Source: Treponemataceae bacterium
Lineage (GTDB): Bacteria > Spirochaetota > Spirochaetia > Treponematales > Rectinemataceae
Assembly (NCBI GenBank): GCA_963667725.2
Contig: CAXXHO010000007.1
Span: forward strand, 32,001 to 96,000
Direction: 5' to 3'
DNA: 64,000 bases
Shown: piece after piece, positions 56,507-64,000 of the stretch
Numbering within the stretch: the first letter of the stretch is position 1
Layout of the letters: each line of letters opens with the position of its first letter
Program-made: the position numbers and the translations under genes
The notes under the pieces: generated by a model
Told to the model about the DNA's origin: nothing
The model's database searches: none
What the model saw: only the letters and a program-made list of their open reading frames with translations

Positions 56507-57043
56507 GTGCTGTCAAAGGGGGACATCGTGAAAGAAGTTATGCGATACTATGCGCGGTGCAACAGGGAAATCAACGCGAACATGGCGAAGATCATCGGCG
56601 AGAAGGTTGAAAGCCCGATGAGTCTTGCCCTGAGGGGTTATTTCTTTCCGACGCTGGGGAAGCTGCTGGAGCATATTTTCATAGCCGATATGGTATGGAT
56701 CAAGGCTTTCGGCACCGTCGACAGCTGCGGGCTCGATTTCGAAAAAGAGCTCGGGCCGACGCCGGACTATAAAGACGCCCTCTTCGCCGACTTCGATTCG
56801 TACCGGAAAAGGCGGGAGGCGTTGGACGCTTTCATTGAGCGCTACGCCGAAAGAGTCGACGAGGGTTTCTTTGCAAAAAAGGTCGTGAGGGTGAACAGAA
56901 AGGGCGAGCGGACCGAAAAGGACGTGTGGAAGGCGGTGCTGCACTGCTTCAACCACCAGACGCATCACCGGGGACAGGTCAGCTGCATACTGGACGAACT
57001 CGGGATCGAGAACGATTATTCCAACATGATTCGGATAGAGTGA
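56507..57043 (+). CDS. DinB family protein
   Basis: LLEHIFIAD..W, HCFNHQTHHRGQ. Confidence 0.9.
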   Translation: MLSKGDIVKEVMRYYARCNREINANMAKIIGEKVESPMSLALRGYFFPTLGKLLEHIFIADMVWIKAFGTVDSCGLDFEKELGPTPDYKDALFADFDSYRKRREALDAFIERYAERVDEGFFAKKVVRVNRKGERTEKDVWKAVLHCFNHQTHHRGQVSCILDELGIENDYSNMIRIE

Positions 57044-57654
57044 TGCGGAGAGATGGCTTGAAGGTGAAGACAGCTTCGGTTATTTTGGCGCATCCATATG
57101 AGAAGAGCTTCAACCATGCGATTTTCGCGACTGCGTCGGCGGCGTTGAGCGCGCGCGGAATTTCGGTTTTCGCCCACGATCTCTACGCGGAACGCTTCGA
57201 TCCGGTGCTCACGCGCGCCGAACTCGGCAAGGAAGCGACGGCCGATCCTCTCGCGGCGAGGTACATAGAGGAGCTCGTCGCGTCGGACCTGCTGGTGTTC
57301 ATCCATCCGAACTGGTGGGGACAGCCTCCCGCCATGATGAAGGGCTACATCGACCGCGTTTTCAGGCCTCCCTACGCCTACGACTACGAGGAAAGCGCGG
57401 CGGGCCTGGCCGAGACGATACAAAAACTGGGCGGCAAGATAGGTGTCGTCTTCAATACGTCGAACACCGAGGAGCGCCGCGAGCTCGAGTATTTCCACGA
57501 TCCGCTGGAATATGAGTGGATGAGATGCGTTTTCGGCTTTTGCGGGATCGAGCGCGGCTCGAGGCGGATGTTCCGGGTCGTGGCGGAGAGCAGCGCGGAA
57601 GAGCGGACCGCGTGGCTCGAGCAGGTGAAGGGCGATATCGAAAGATATCTGTAG
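57043..57654 (+). CDS. NAD(P)H-dependent oxidoreductase (flavodoxin-2 fold)
   Basis: AHP..SFNHAI, DLY.E.FDPVL, HPNWWGQPPAMMKGYIDRV. Confidence 0.92.
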   Translation: MRRDGLKVKTASVILAHPYEKSFNHAIFATASAALSARGISVFAHDLYAERFDPVLTRAELGKEATADPLAARYIEELVASDLLVFIHPNWWGQPPAMMKGYIDRVFRPPYAYDYEESAAGLAETIQKLGGKIGVVFNTSNTEERRELEYFHDPLEYEWMRCVFGFCGIERGSRRMFRVVAESSAEERTAWLEQVKGDIERYL

Positions 57655-57676
57655 CGTTCCAAGCGCGGACGCTGCG

Positions 57677-58054
57677 ATGGGGGTGGCAATGGCGGCGGTA
57701 CGGATGGAAAAGATTGAATCGACGCTGCGCCTCGCCATTGAATTCCGCGCCAGGCTGGCGCGGGAGGATTTCGACGGAGCCGTCGCATTGTTGAGCGACC
57801 AGTGCCGCATCGACGCGCCGGAAGGGGTTTTCGCGGGCAGGGAAGAGGCGAGACGATATTTTGCGCGCCGCGCGGGCGAGCTGCGCGGAACGGCTCAAGA
57901 GGTCGAGGAAATTTTCGGGATGGGATTCCGGTGCATCGTGCGACTCAGGGACGGGAATCGACGGAGCCTTGAACTATTCAAGGAAGAGCGCGGCGCGTTG
58001 AGCGAGATCCTGATTTACGCAAAGGACGCGCCGGCGGACACAATTCGGGGGTGA
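57677..58054 (+). CDS. NTF2/SnoaL-like protein
   Basis: DFDGAVALLSD.C..GVFAGREE.RRYF. Confidence 0.7.
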   Translation: MGVAMAAVRMEKIESTLRLAIEFRARLAREDFDGAVALLSDQCRIDAPEGVFAGREEARRYFARRAGELRGTAQEVEEIFGMGFRCIVRLRDGNRRSLELFKEERGALSEILIYAKDAPADTIRG

Positions 58055-58057
58055 GGA

Positions 58058-58264
58058 TTGGAATTCTTGTGGACATTCGAGAGCAACGAAAAAGCGGAGC
58101 CGCTCATCATAAGCCTGCAGAACAAGGCCATAGCTTTCGAGCTGCAGTCGAAAGGCAAACAGGGGAAGGGTGGCGGCGACGTGTCCATCTACGTGGCGGA
58201 AGAAGATTACGTAGTCGCCAAGAAACTGTTGATGAAGCATCGCAAGCGGAAGCCGAGCGCTTGA
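58058..58264 (+). CDS. Small DUF2007-like protein
   Basis: GAGG RBS; A..I...LQ..AI, IYV.EEDY..AKKLL. Confidence 0.6.
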   Translation: MEFLWTFESNEKAEPLIISLQNKAIAFELQSKGKQGKGGGDVSIYVAEEDYVVAKKLLMKHRKRKPSA

Positions 58265-58327
58265 GGCCGGTCCCGCGGGGCTCGGTTCGGGCGCCCGGCA
58301 TTCCGCCGGAAAGGGGACATCCGGGGA

Positions 58328-58978
58328 CTAGTCGCGCGGTTTGCCGGCCGCGCCGAGTTTTTCGCGATCGATGAGCGCCCCTTTGAGCGCGGAGCCCCAG
58401 CGGTAACCTCCCAAGGTTCCAGACGCCGCGACGACGCGATGGCAGGGCACGAAGATCGCGATCGGATTGGCGCCGACGGCGGAGCCCACCGCTCTCGCGG
58501 CTTTCGGACGGCCGAGCGATGCGGCGAGTTCGCCGTAGGTGACGAGGCTGCCCGAGGGAATCGCCAGGAGTTTTTGCCACACCGCGATCTGGAACGCGGT
58601 GCCGCGGAGATGAAGGGGCAGGGAACCGCGGCCGCCGGCCGGCGGGAGGCCCGAGACGGCTGCCTTGAAAGCGGCCGCCAGCGGGGCGGCAACGGACGAG
58701 GCAGGCCCGTCGGCGATAAGGTTCGCGTCGCTCCATCGGACGGCGAGAGCCGCGAGAAGAGCTTCAATTCTGGGGGTGTGGGAAGCTCCCGCCTCGCCGA
58801 GAAATTCCAGGGCGCAGAGGCCGAACGGCGTGGTGGCGGCAAGCGCCGCTCCGAAAGGGGTTTCCTGGATGGACCAGCGGATATCGAAACCGCGCGCGGG
58901 GCTGACTGGTTCCGCCGGCGCGGAGACTCCGGTCGTCGCAACGACGTCGGAAAAACGAATGCGTTTCATCGAAGCCAT
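58328..58978 (-). CDS. ogt: Methylated-DNA-protein-cysteine methyltransferase (Ogt/Ada C-terminal)
   Basis: GTAFQIAVW..L..IP.G..TYGELA..P.AARAVG..NPI..VPCHRV; start uncertain. Confidence 0.9.
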   Translation of the reverse strand: MASMKRIRFSDVVATTGVSAPAEPVSPARGFDIRWSIQETPFGAALAATTPFGLCALEFLGEAGASHTPRIEALLAALAVRWSDANLIADGPASSVAAPLAAAFKAAVSGLPPAGGRGSLPLHLRGTAFQIAVWQKLLAIPSGSLVTYGELAASLGRPKAARAVGSAVGANPIAIFVPCHRVVAASGTLGGYRWGSALKGALIDREKLGAAGKPRD

Positions 58979-59073
58979 CGGCAGCCTCCTGATTCCATAA
59001 CAATATTCCAGCCTGGGGAAAATTTCCACCGGGCGTTGCCGAAGCGGGGGATGGAGAGTAGGATGTTCGGCAA

Positions 59074-59952
59074 GTGAGGGTTCCGATGCCATCGAGAGAG
59101 CGAAGCCGCGCGGCCGCCGTGGCGGCGGTGCTCGTCGCGACCGTGCTGGGCGCTTCGAGCGGACTGTACATAAAGGGGCTGGCCTTTTCCGGGCTCGCGC
59201 TCAGCGGACTGCGGATGGCGGTGCCTTTCGTCTTCGCCATGCCTTTCGCGGCGCGCCACAAGCTTCTGCTAGGTCGCCCCGGCATGCGGAAGAACCTTTT
59301 CCTGGTGAGCGCGATGAACGCGGTCCGCCTCTATCTGTATATCCTCGCGTACAAGCTGACCGCCATCGGGAACGCCGTGGTGCTGCTCTACCTTTGGCCC
59401 GTATTCGCCCTTCTGATCGAGAGCGCGCGCGGGAAGAAGAGGCTGAGCGCCGCGAAGCTCGGGATACTCGCCCTGGCCACGGGCGGGGTGATCGCGATGA
59501 ATATCGACAAGCGCTTTTCCCTGTCGGAGAGCGATATCGCGGGCAGCCTCTGCATGATCGCCTCGGCCCTCATCTTCGCCTGGAGCACGATCATCTTCAA
59601 AGGCGCGCTGGCGGAAATCGACGAGATCGATGCGGTGTACTTCCAGAACGGTGTCGGCGCGATCGTATTCCTGCCCTTCCTCCTCGCGGAGATTTCCGGC
59701 GCGCCGCCGGTCCATCTCGGCATCGGGATCGTCTACGGCCTGGCGGTGGGACTTGTGGGCTTTGGCCTCTATTTCGTGGGCATGAAACGGCTTCCGCTGT
59801 TCCAGTACAGCGCGCTCTCCTATTTCGAGATTCCATCCGGCCTGCTGATGGGGATGATCTTCAGGGGAGAGGCCATGACGGTCGGCCGCGCCGTCGGCGT
59901 AGCGCTGATCTTCGCCGGAAGTTTCATGGCCATGCGGCTTCGGCTTTCTTGA
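59074..59952 (+). CDS. DMT/EamA family transporter
   Basis: About 10 TM helices, AIGNAVVLLYLWPVF, YSALSYFE. Confidence 0.88.
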   Translation: MRVPMPSRERSRAAAVAAVLVATVLGASSGLYIKGLAFSGLALSGLRMAVPFVFAMPFAARHKLLLGRPGMRKNLFLVSAMNAVRLYLYILAYKLTAIGNAVVLLYLWPVFALLIESARGKKRLSAAKLGILALATGGVIAMNIDKRFSLSESDIAGSLCMIASALIFAWSTIIFKGALAEIDEIDAVYFQNGVGAIVFLPFLLAEISGAPPVHLGIGIVYGLAVGLVGFGLYFVGMKRLPLFQYSALSYFEIPSGLLMGMIFRGEAMTVGRAVGVALIFAGSFMAMRLRLS

Positions 59953-59962
59953 GGGCGAGATC

Positions 59963-60340
59963 ATGAATTTTACGCTGCTGAGGGAGAGATATTCGGTCTG
60001 CCGATATGGTCCGGAGGAGCTGCCGGCCCTCGATTTCAGCGGGCAGGAATTGATCTGCGTGGCGAAGACGGCGGATGAAACCTCGGTAGTCTGCCGCTCC
60101 GGCATGGCGGCGGGCGCGGCGCGCGTCGAGGACGGGTGGCGGGCTCTGCGGATCGACGGCCCCCTCGATTTCGGACTCGTGGGGATCCTCGCGGAAGCGA
60201 GCGGGCGCCTCGCCTCGGCGGGCGTCAGCATCTTCGCGCTGTCCACTTTCGATACGGATTATATCCTCGTGAAGGAAGCGCGCCTGGGGGAGGCGCTCGC
60301 CGCATTGAAGGCGGGCGGCCACGCCGTGGCGTCGCCGTGA
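59963..60340 (+). CDS. ACT domain protein (CASTOR/ACT_7-like)
   Basis: T.DETSVVC, GWRALRIDGPLDFGLVGILA, SIFALSTFDTDYILVK. Confidence 0.92.
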   Translation: MNFTLLRERYSVCRYGPEELPALDFSGQELICVAKTADETSVVCRSGMAAGAARVEDGWRALRIDGPLDFGLVGILAEASGRLASAGVSIFALSTFDTDYILVKEARLGEALAALKAGGHAVASP

Positions 60341-60414
60341 GCGGGCGGGGACGCGGGAGGAACCGAGCGTCCCGCCTAGCAGAATTTTGCGCCATGAGGT
60401 ATGATTGACTCGCG

Positions 60415-61803
60415 ATGCATCTGAAGTTTCTCCATCAATCGACGCAGGAGCGGAGAGAGCTCATCCTGAACGGCTCAATCTGGCGCAGCGTCATATTCCT
60501 CTCCATCCCCAGCCTCATGCTCGGCATCGTGCAGTCGCTCATGCCGCTCATGGACGGGCTTTTCGTCAACAATATCGCGGGGACGCTGGTGGCTTCCGCC
60601 GTGACGTTCTCGGAACCCGTGATCAACATGATGACGGCGCTCGCCCAGGGCCTGAGCGTCGCGGCCATGGCGATCATCGGCCAGCTGAACGGCAGGGGGG
60701 ACTTCGTCCAGTCGAAGCGGACCTCGACGCAGATCGTCGTCGCGGGGTCGGTGCTCGGGTGCGCGTCGGCGCCCCTGCTGATAGGGGCGGGGGCGATAAT
60801 CTCGCGATCCGTCAACGCGCAGATATCGCACAACGTTTTTCTCTACCTGTCCCTGTACGCGCTCGTGCTGCCGTTCTCCTTCATGGAATCCATCTACAAC
60901 GGCATAAAGAACGCCAACGGGCAGCCGGAGGCCCCCTTCATCCGCATGATCATCATGCTGATGCTGAAAATCGTCTTCAACGTGATTTTCATCTACTGGT
61001 TCCGGCTTGGAATCGTCGGATGCGCGCTTTCCTCGCTGCTGGCGAACTTCTCGGTGACGCTCTGGATGTTCCACGAGCTTTTTGTCAAGAAAGGTCCGGA
61101 TCGGCTCGAGCTGAGGGGCTTCGGGTTCGATCCGGAGATATTGATGCAGCTCGCGCGGATCGGCGCGCCGGCGATGCTGAATTCCTTCCTCCTCAACCTG
61201 GGCTTCTTCCTGATAAACAGCGAGACGCAGAAATACGGGCCTGTGGTGCTGAACGGGCAGGGGATAGCGGGCAACATTTCGGCCGTGTGCTTCAACCTGC
61301 CGGGAGCCTTCAGCGCGGCGGCCACGACCATGGTGAGCATGAATGTCGGCGCGGGGAATTCGGCGAAGGCGAAGCGATCCTGCCTCTATGCCTGCGCGGT
61401 GAGCGCGATCACCGCTGTGTCGGTCATCGCGGTGGTGGTGCCGCTGTCCTCGCGGCTGACGATCCTCTTCACGAGGCAGGCAGACGTCCTCGAGATCGCG
61501 AACCGGGCGCTGCACATCTACACCTATTCGGTAGTGGGCTTCGGGCTGTGCATGACCGTGCAGGGAGCCTTCATCGGGCTTGGAAAGACGAGGGTCCCGC
61601 TGATGCTCGGCATCCTCCGCATCTGGCTGTTCCGCTATATCTTCATCCTGGCGACCGAGCACTACCTGAAGTTTTACGCCGTGTTCTGGGGGAACCTCTT
61701 TTCCAATTACGCGGCGGCGCTGCTGGCGTTGGCGCTGATCTCGCGGGTGAAGTGGGTGTCGACCATTTCGGTGCGCGGCGCGGAACTCATTCATCATCCA
61801 TGA
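60415..61803 (+). CDS. MATE family efflux transporter
   Basis: ILNGSIWR..SIPS, DGLFV, about 12 TM helices, GLGKTRVP..LRIWLFR. Confidence 0.88.
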   Translation: MHLKFLHQSTQERRELILNGSIWRSVIFLSIPSLMLGIVQSLMPLMDGLFVNNIAGTLVASAVTFSEPVINMMTALAQGLSVAAMAIIGQLNGRGDFVQSKRTSTQIVVAGSVLGCASAPLLIGAGAIISRSVNAQISHNVFLYLSLYALVLPFSFMESIYNGIKNANGQPEAPFIRMIIMLMLKIVFNVIFIYWFRLGIVGCALSSLLANFSVTLWMFHELFVKKGPDRLELRGFGFDPEILMQLARIGAPAMLNSFLLNLGFFLINSETQKYGPVVLNGQGIAGNISAVCFNLPGAFSAAATTMVSMNVGAGNSAKAKRSCLYACAVSAITAVSVIAVVVPLSSRLTILFTRQADVLEIANRALHIYTYSVVGFGLCMTVQGAFIGLGKTRVPLMLGILRIWLFRYIFILATEHYLKFYAVFWGNLFSNYAAALLALALISRVKWVSTISVRGAELIHHP

Positions 61804-62770
61804 TGACGCGGGCTTGATCCCGGAAATCTTCGAGTTCGCCGATCCAGAAGGCGCGGCCGCCCCAATCGGGGTAGTCGCGCTTGAACCATTGGTCATCGCG
61901 CTGGAGCGATCGCCAGGCGAGGAAATGCAGCATGCGGTAGAATCGCAGCGTCTCGATGGCGCGCACGCTGCCCGCCTCGAGTTCGGCGAATTCCGCGTAT
62001 CCTTCGAGGAGGAGGGAGCGCTCCCGCGAGGCTTCGTCGCCGCGGTCCGGCAGGAGGAGCCAGAGGTCCTGGACGGGCGGGCCGACCATCATGTCGTCGA
62101 AGTCGAGGAGGAGGAGGCCTTCGCCGGGGCGTGACAGGATGTTGCCGCGGTGAAGGTCCCCGTGGATCCGCCTCGTGCCGAGCGAGGCGACTTCGTCGGC
62201 GGTCAGGGCGATGGTGTCGCGGCAGAGTTCCGCGAACTCCGACCTGAATTCGGGATGGACGAGGGGCTCGACGACGTCGAGGTTGGAGAGCGCGAGCCTT
62301 GGGCCGAGGGTCGGCCGCGCCGCGGCGCCCCGCTTGGCGCCGACGACGTGCAGCCTGCCGGCGAGGGCGCCGAGGCGGAGCCAGTCGTCGTCCGATTCGG
62401 CGTCGAAGCTGCGGCCGCCCCGTTTTGGAAAGAGCGCGAAGAAAAAAACGGTGTCGTCGTCATCGTTGAGGGCAATAGCGGGGAGGGTGTCGCCGTCGAG
62501 GCCGGGCAGCGGCGCCACGACGGGAAGCTCGGCCTCCGCGCAGTCGGCGAGGAAGCGATGCTCCTCGAGGATGGCTTCCTCCGACCAGCGCCCCGGCCTG
62601 TAGAATTTTACGACATAATCCTTCTCGTCCTCGCCGCGGAAGCCGTAGACTCGGTTCACGTAGCTCGAATAGGGCCAGAGGCCGCCCTCCGGCCTGATGC
62701 CGTAGGCCACCTCGACGGACTCGAAGACGGCTTCGGGAGAGAGGGCGTCGAAGGCGCCGGCGCGGCTCAC
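61787..62770 (-). CDS. srkA: SrkA/RdoA-like Ser/Thr kinase (APH family)
   Basis: SYVNRVY, VVKFYRPGRWS..ILEEH, RIHGDLHRGN, LDFDD, GPPVQDLW; GTG start coupled to the upstream stop. Confidence 0.9.
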   Translation of the reverse strand: MSRAGAFDALSPEAVFESVEVAYGIRPEGGLWPYSSYVNRVYGFRGEDEKDYVVKFYRPGRWSEEAILEEHRFLADCAEAELPVVAPLPGLDGDTLPAIALNDDDDTVFFFALFPKRGGRSFDAESDDDWLRLGALAGRLHVVGAKRGAAARPTLGPRLALSNLDVVEPLVHPEFRSEFAELCRDTIALTADEVASLGTRRIHGDLHRGNILSRPGEGLLLLDFDDMMVGPPVQDLWLLLPDRGDEASRERSLLLEGYAEFAELEAGSVRAIETLRFYRMLHFLAWRSLQRDDQWFKRDYPDWGGRAFWIGELEDFRDQARVIMDDE

Positions 62771-64000
62771 GAATCGGCCTCCCGCTGGGCGAGCAGCTCC
62801 CAGCGCGACGTCTTGGCGTCGATGAGCGAGACGACTTCGTCGTAGCGCTCGTGGGCTTTTCGGATTTCCGCGGGCGCGGAGCCAGGTTTGGCGAAGAGGG
62901 ATTCGAGGGTGGCCTTTTCCGTTTCGAGCGCGTCGATTTCCGGGAGGATGGCGTCGAATTCCCGCCTCTCGGCGTAGCTGAGCTTCTTTTTCCTGGGTGT
63001 GGCGGCGATGTCCGCGGGGGCGGACGAGCCGGGAGCGTCCGCCGAGGAGGAGGGCTTGTCTTTCGCCTGCGCTTTCTTCCTGCCATCCTGTCCGGTTTTG
63101 CCCTCGGCTTCGGCGGCGGCCGCGGCGTCGAGGCTGGCCTTCCACTCGAGATAGGAGCCGTTGAAGGGCCGCACCTTCCCGCTGCCGTCCAGGACGAGGA
63201 GGAAGCGCGCGATGCGGTCCAGGAAGGCGCGATCGTGGGAGACGGCGACGATGCAGCCCTGGAAACCTTCGAGAAAGTCTTCAAGCGCCTCGATCGTATC
63301 GATGTCGAGATCGTTGGTGGGCTCGTCGAGGAGGAGGACGTTGGGCGCCTCGGCCAGCACGCGCACGAGCTGCAGACGTCGGCGTTCGCCTCCCGAAAGG
63401 CGCCCTATGGGCATGGCCTGGAAGTCGCGGTTGAAGCCGAAGCGCTCGAGGAGGAGGACGGCGTCCTGCGCCGCGCCGTCCGACATGCGCACGCGCTCGG
63501 CGTGGACGCGTATGTAATCGATCACCGAGACCGCGGGATCGGCGTCGTCTGCTGTCTGTTCGAAGCAGGAGACGCGGACCGTGTCGCCGCGCTCGACCGA
63601 GCCGGACGAGGGGGAGATCTCGCCGGTGATCAGCTTGAGCAGGCTCGTCTTGCCCGATCCGTTGGGGCCGACGATGCCGAGCCGCGCCCCGGGGGCGATG
63701 ACGTATTCCGCCTGATCGAGGACGGTCCGATCCCCATAGCGCACGGACGCTTTCTTGAGGAGTACGGCTTTTTTCCCCAGCCGGCTCTCGGCGGAGGAGA
63801 AAACGAAGCTCGAGGGAGGGCGCTCGAGGCCGGCCGCCTGCATGGCGCGTATCTCGTCCTTCCGGCGCTCGCTCTTGGTCGCCCGGGCGCGGGCGCCGCG
63901 CATGAGCCAGGCGAGTTCGATCTTCAGGTTGGCCAATCGCCGATTCTCGGCGGCTTCCGCTGCCGCCCAACGCTCAGCCTTGCGCCCGAGATAGGCGCTG
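62767..64000 (-). CDS. ABC-F family ATPase (Uup-like), 5'-truncated by window edge
   Basis: ELAWLMRGARARATK linker, GPNGSGKT, LSGGERRRL, LLDEPTNDLD, VSHDRAFLD, KKKLSY.E.RE C-terminal domain. Confidence 0.92.
   Translation of the reverse strand, partial: SAYLGRKAERWAAAEAAENRRLANLKIELAWLMRGARARATKSERRKDEIRAMQAAGLERPPSSFVFSSAESRLGKKAVLLKKASVRYGDRTVLDQAEYVIAPGARLGIVGPNGSGKTSLLKLITGEISPSSGSVERGDTVRVSCFEQTADDADPAVSVIDYIRVHAERVRMSDGAAQDAVLLLERFGFNRDFQAMPIGRLSGGERRRLQLVRVLAEAPNVLLLDEPTNDLDIDTIEALEDFLEGFQGCIVAVSHDRAFLDRIARFLLVLDGSGKVRPFNGSYLEWKASLDAAAAAEAEGKTGQDGRKKAQAKDKPSSSADAPGSSAPADIAATPRKKKLSYAERREFDAILPEIDALETEKATLESLFAKPGSAPAEIRKAHERYDEVVSLIDAKTSRWELLAQREADS

Noticed and set aside
44322..58264. 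Further attC relics in distal intergenic regions (e.g. ~46325-46400, ~48945-49010)
   Set aside because: Some hairpin potential, but no ordered match to an attC family that I could defend by eye.
58051..63994. Overlapping shadow ORFs in the right flank (e.g. 60405..61817, 60475..61896, 59269..60246, 62460..63284)
   Set aside because: Low-complexity translations overlapping recognised genes; expected at high GC.

Overview
A GC-rich bacterial chromosome segment (by eye about 65% GC in the flanks; probably a spirochaete, which is an inference) interrupted by a large sedentary chromosomal integron. The left flank carries a partial aldehyde:ferredoxin oxidoreductase, a MATE transporter, a thioredoxin-like protein and an Fe-alcohol dehydrogenase. 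intI (4700-5992) is transcribed towards the array ('reverse' arrangement, as in Treponema) and carries an unusual N-terminal HARP-like extension. From attI (crossover at 6161) runs an AT-rich array with 31 recognisable full-length attC sites up to 31199. Its cassettes include six toxin-antitoxin pairs, many GNAT/NUDIX/methyltransferase genes, several duplicates, a degenerate Hint-domain lipoprotein, a frameshifted DUF2971 gene and three copies of a ~420-bp ORF-less, highly structured cassette (candidate new ncRNA or ssDNA element), two of them in positions 1 and 2. Most cassettes start with a position-fixed, covarying mini-hairpin just outside the canonical attC. Beyond ~28 kb the attC sites decay progressively (relics visible to ~43.6 kb), while co-oriented cassette-type genes continue to 58.3 kb with GC rising towards host values, which looks like a fossil record of cassette domestication. 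The right flank carries ogt-like, EamA, ACT, MATE, SrkA-like kinase and a partial ABC-F gene. No rRNA, tRNA, CRISPR or IS was recognised. All product calls come from motif recognition, not from database searches.
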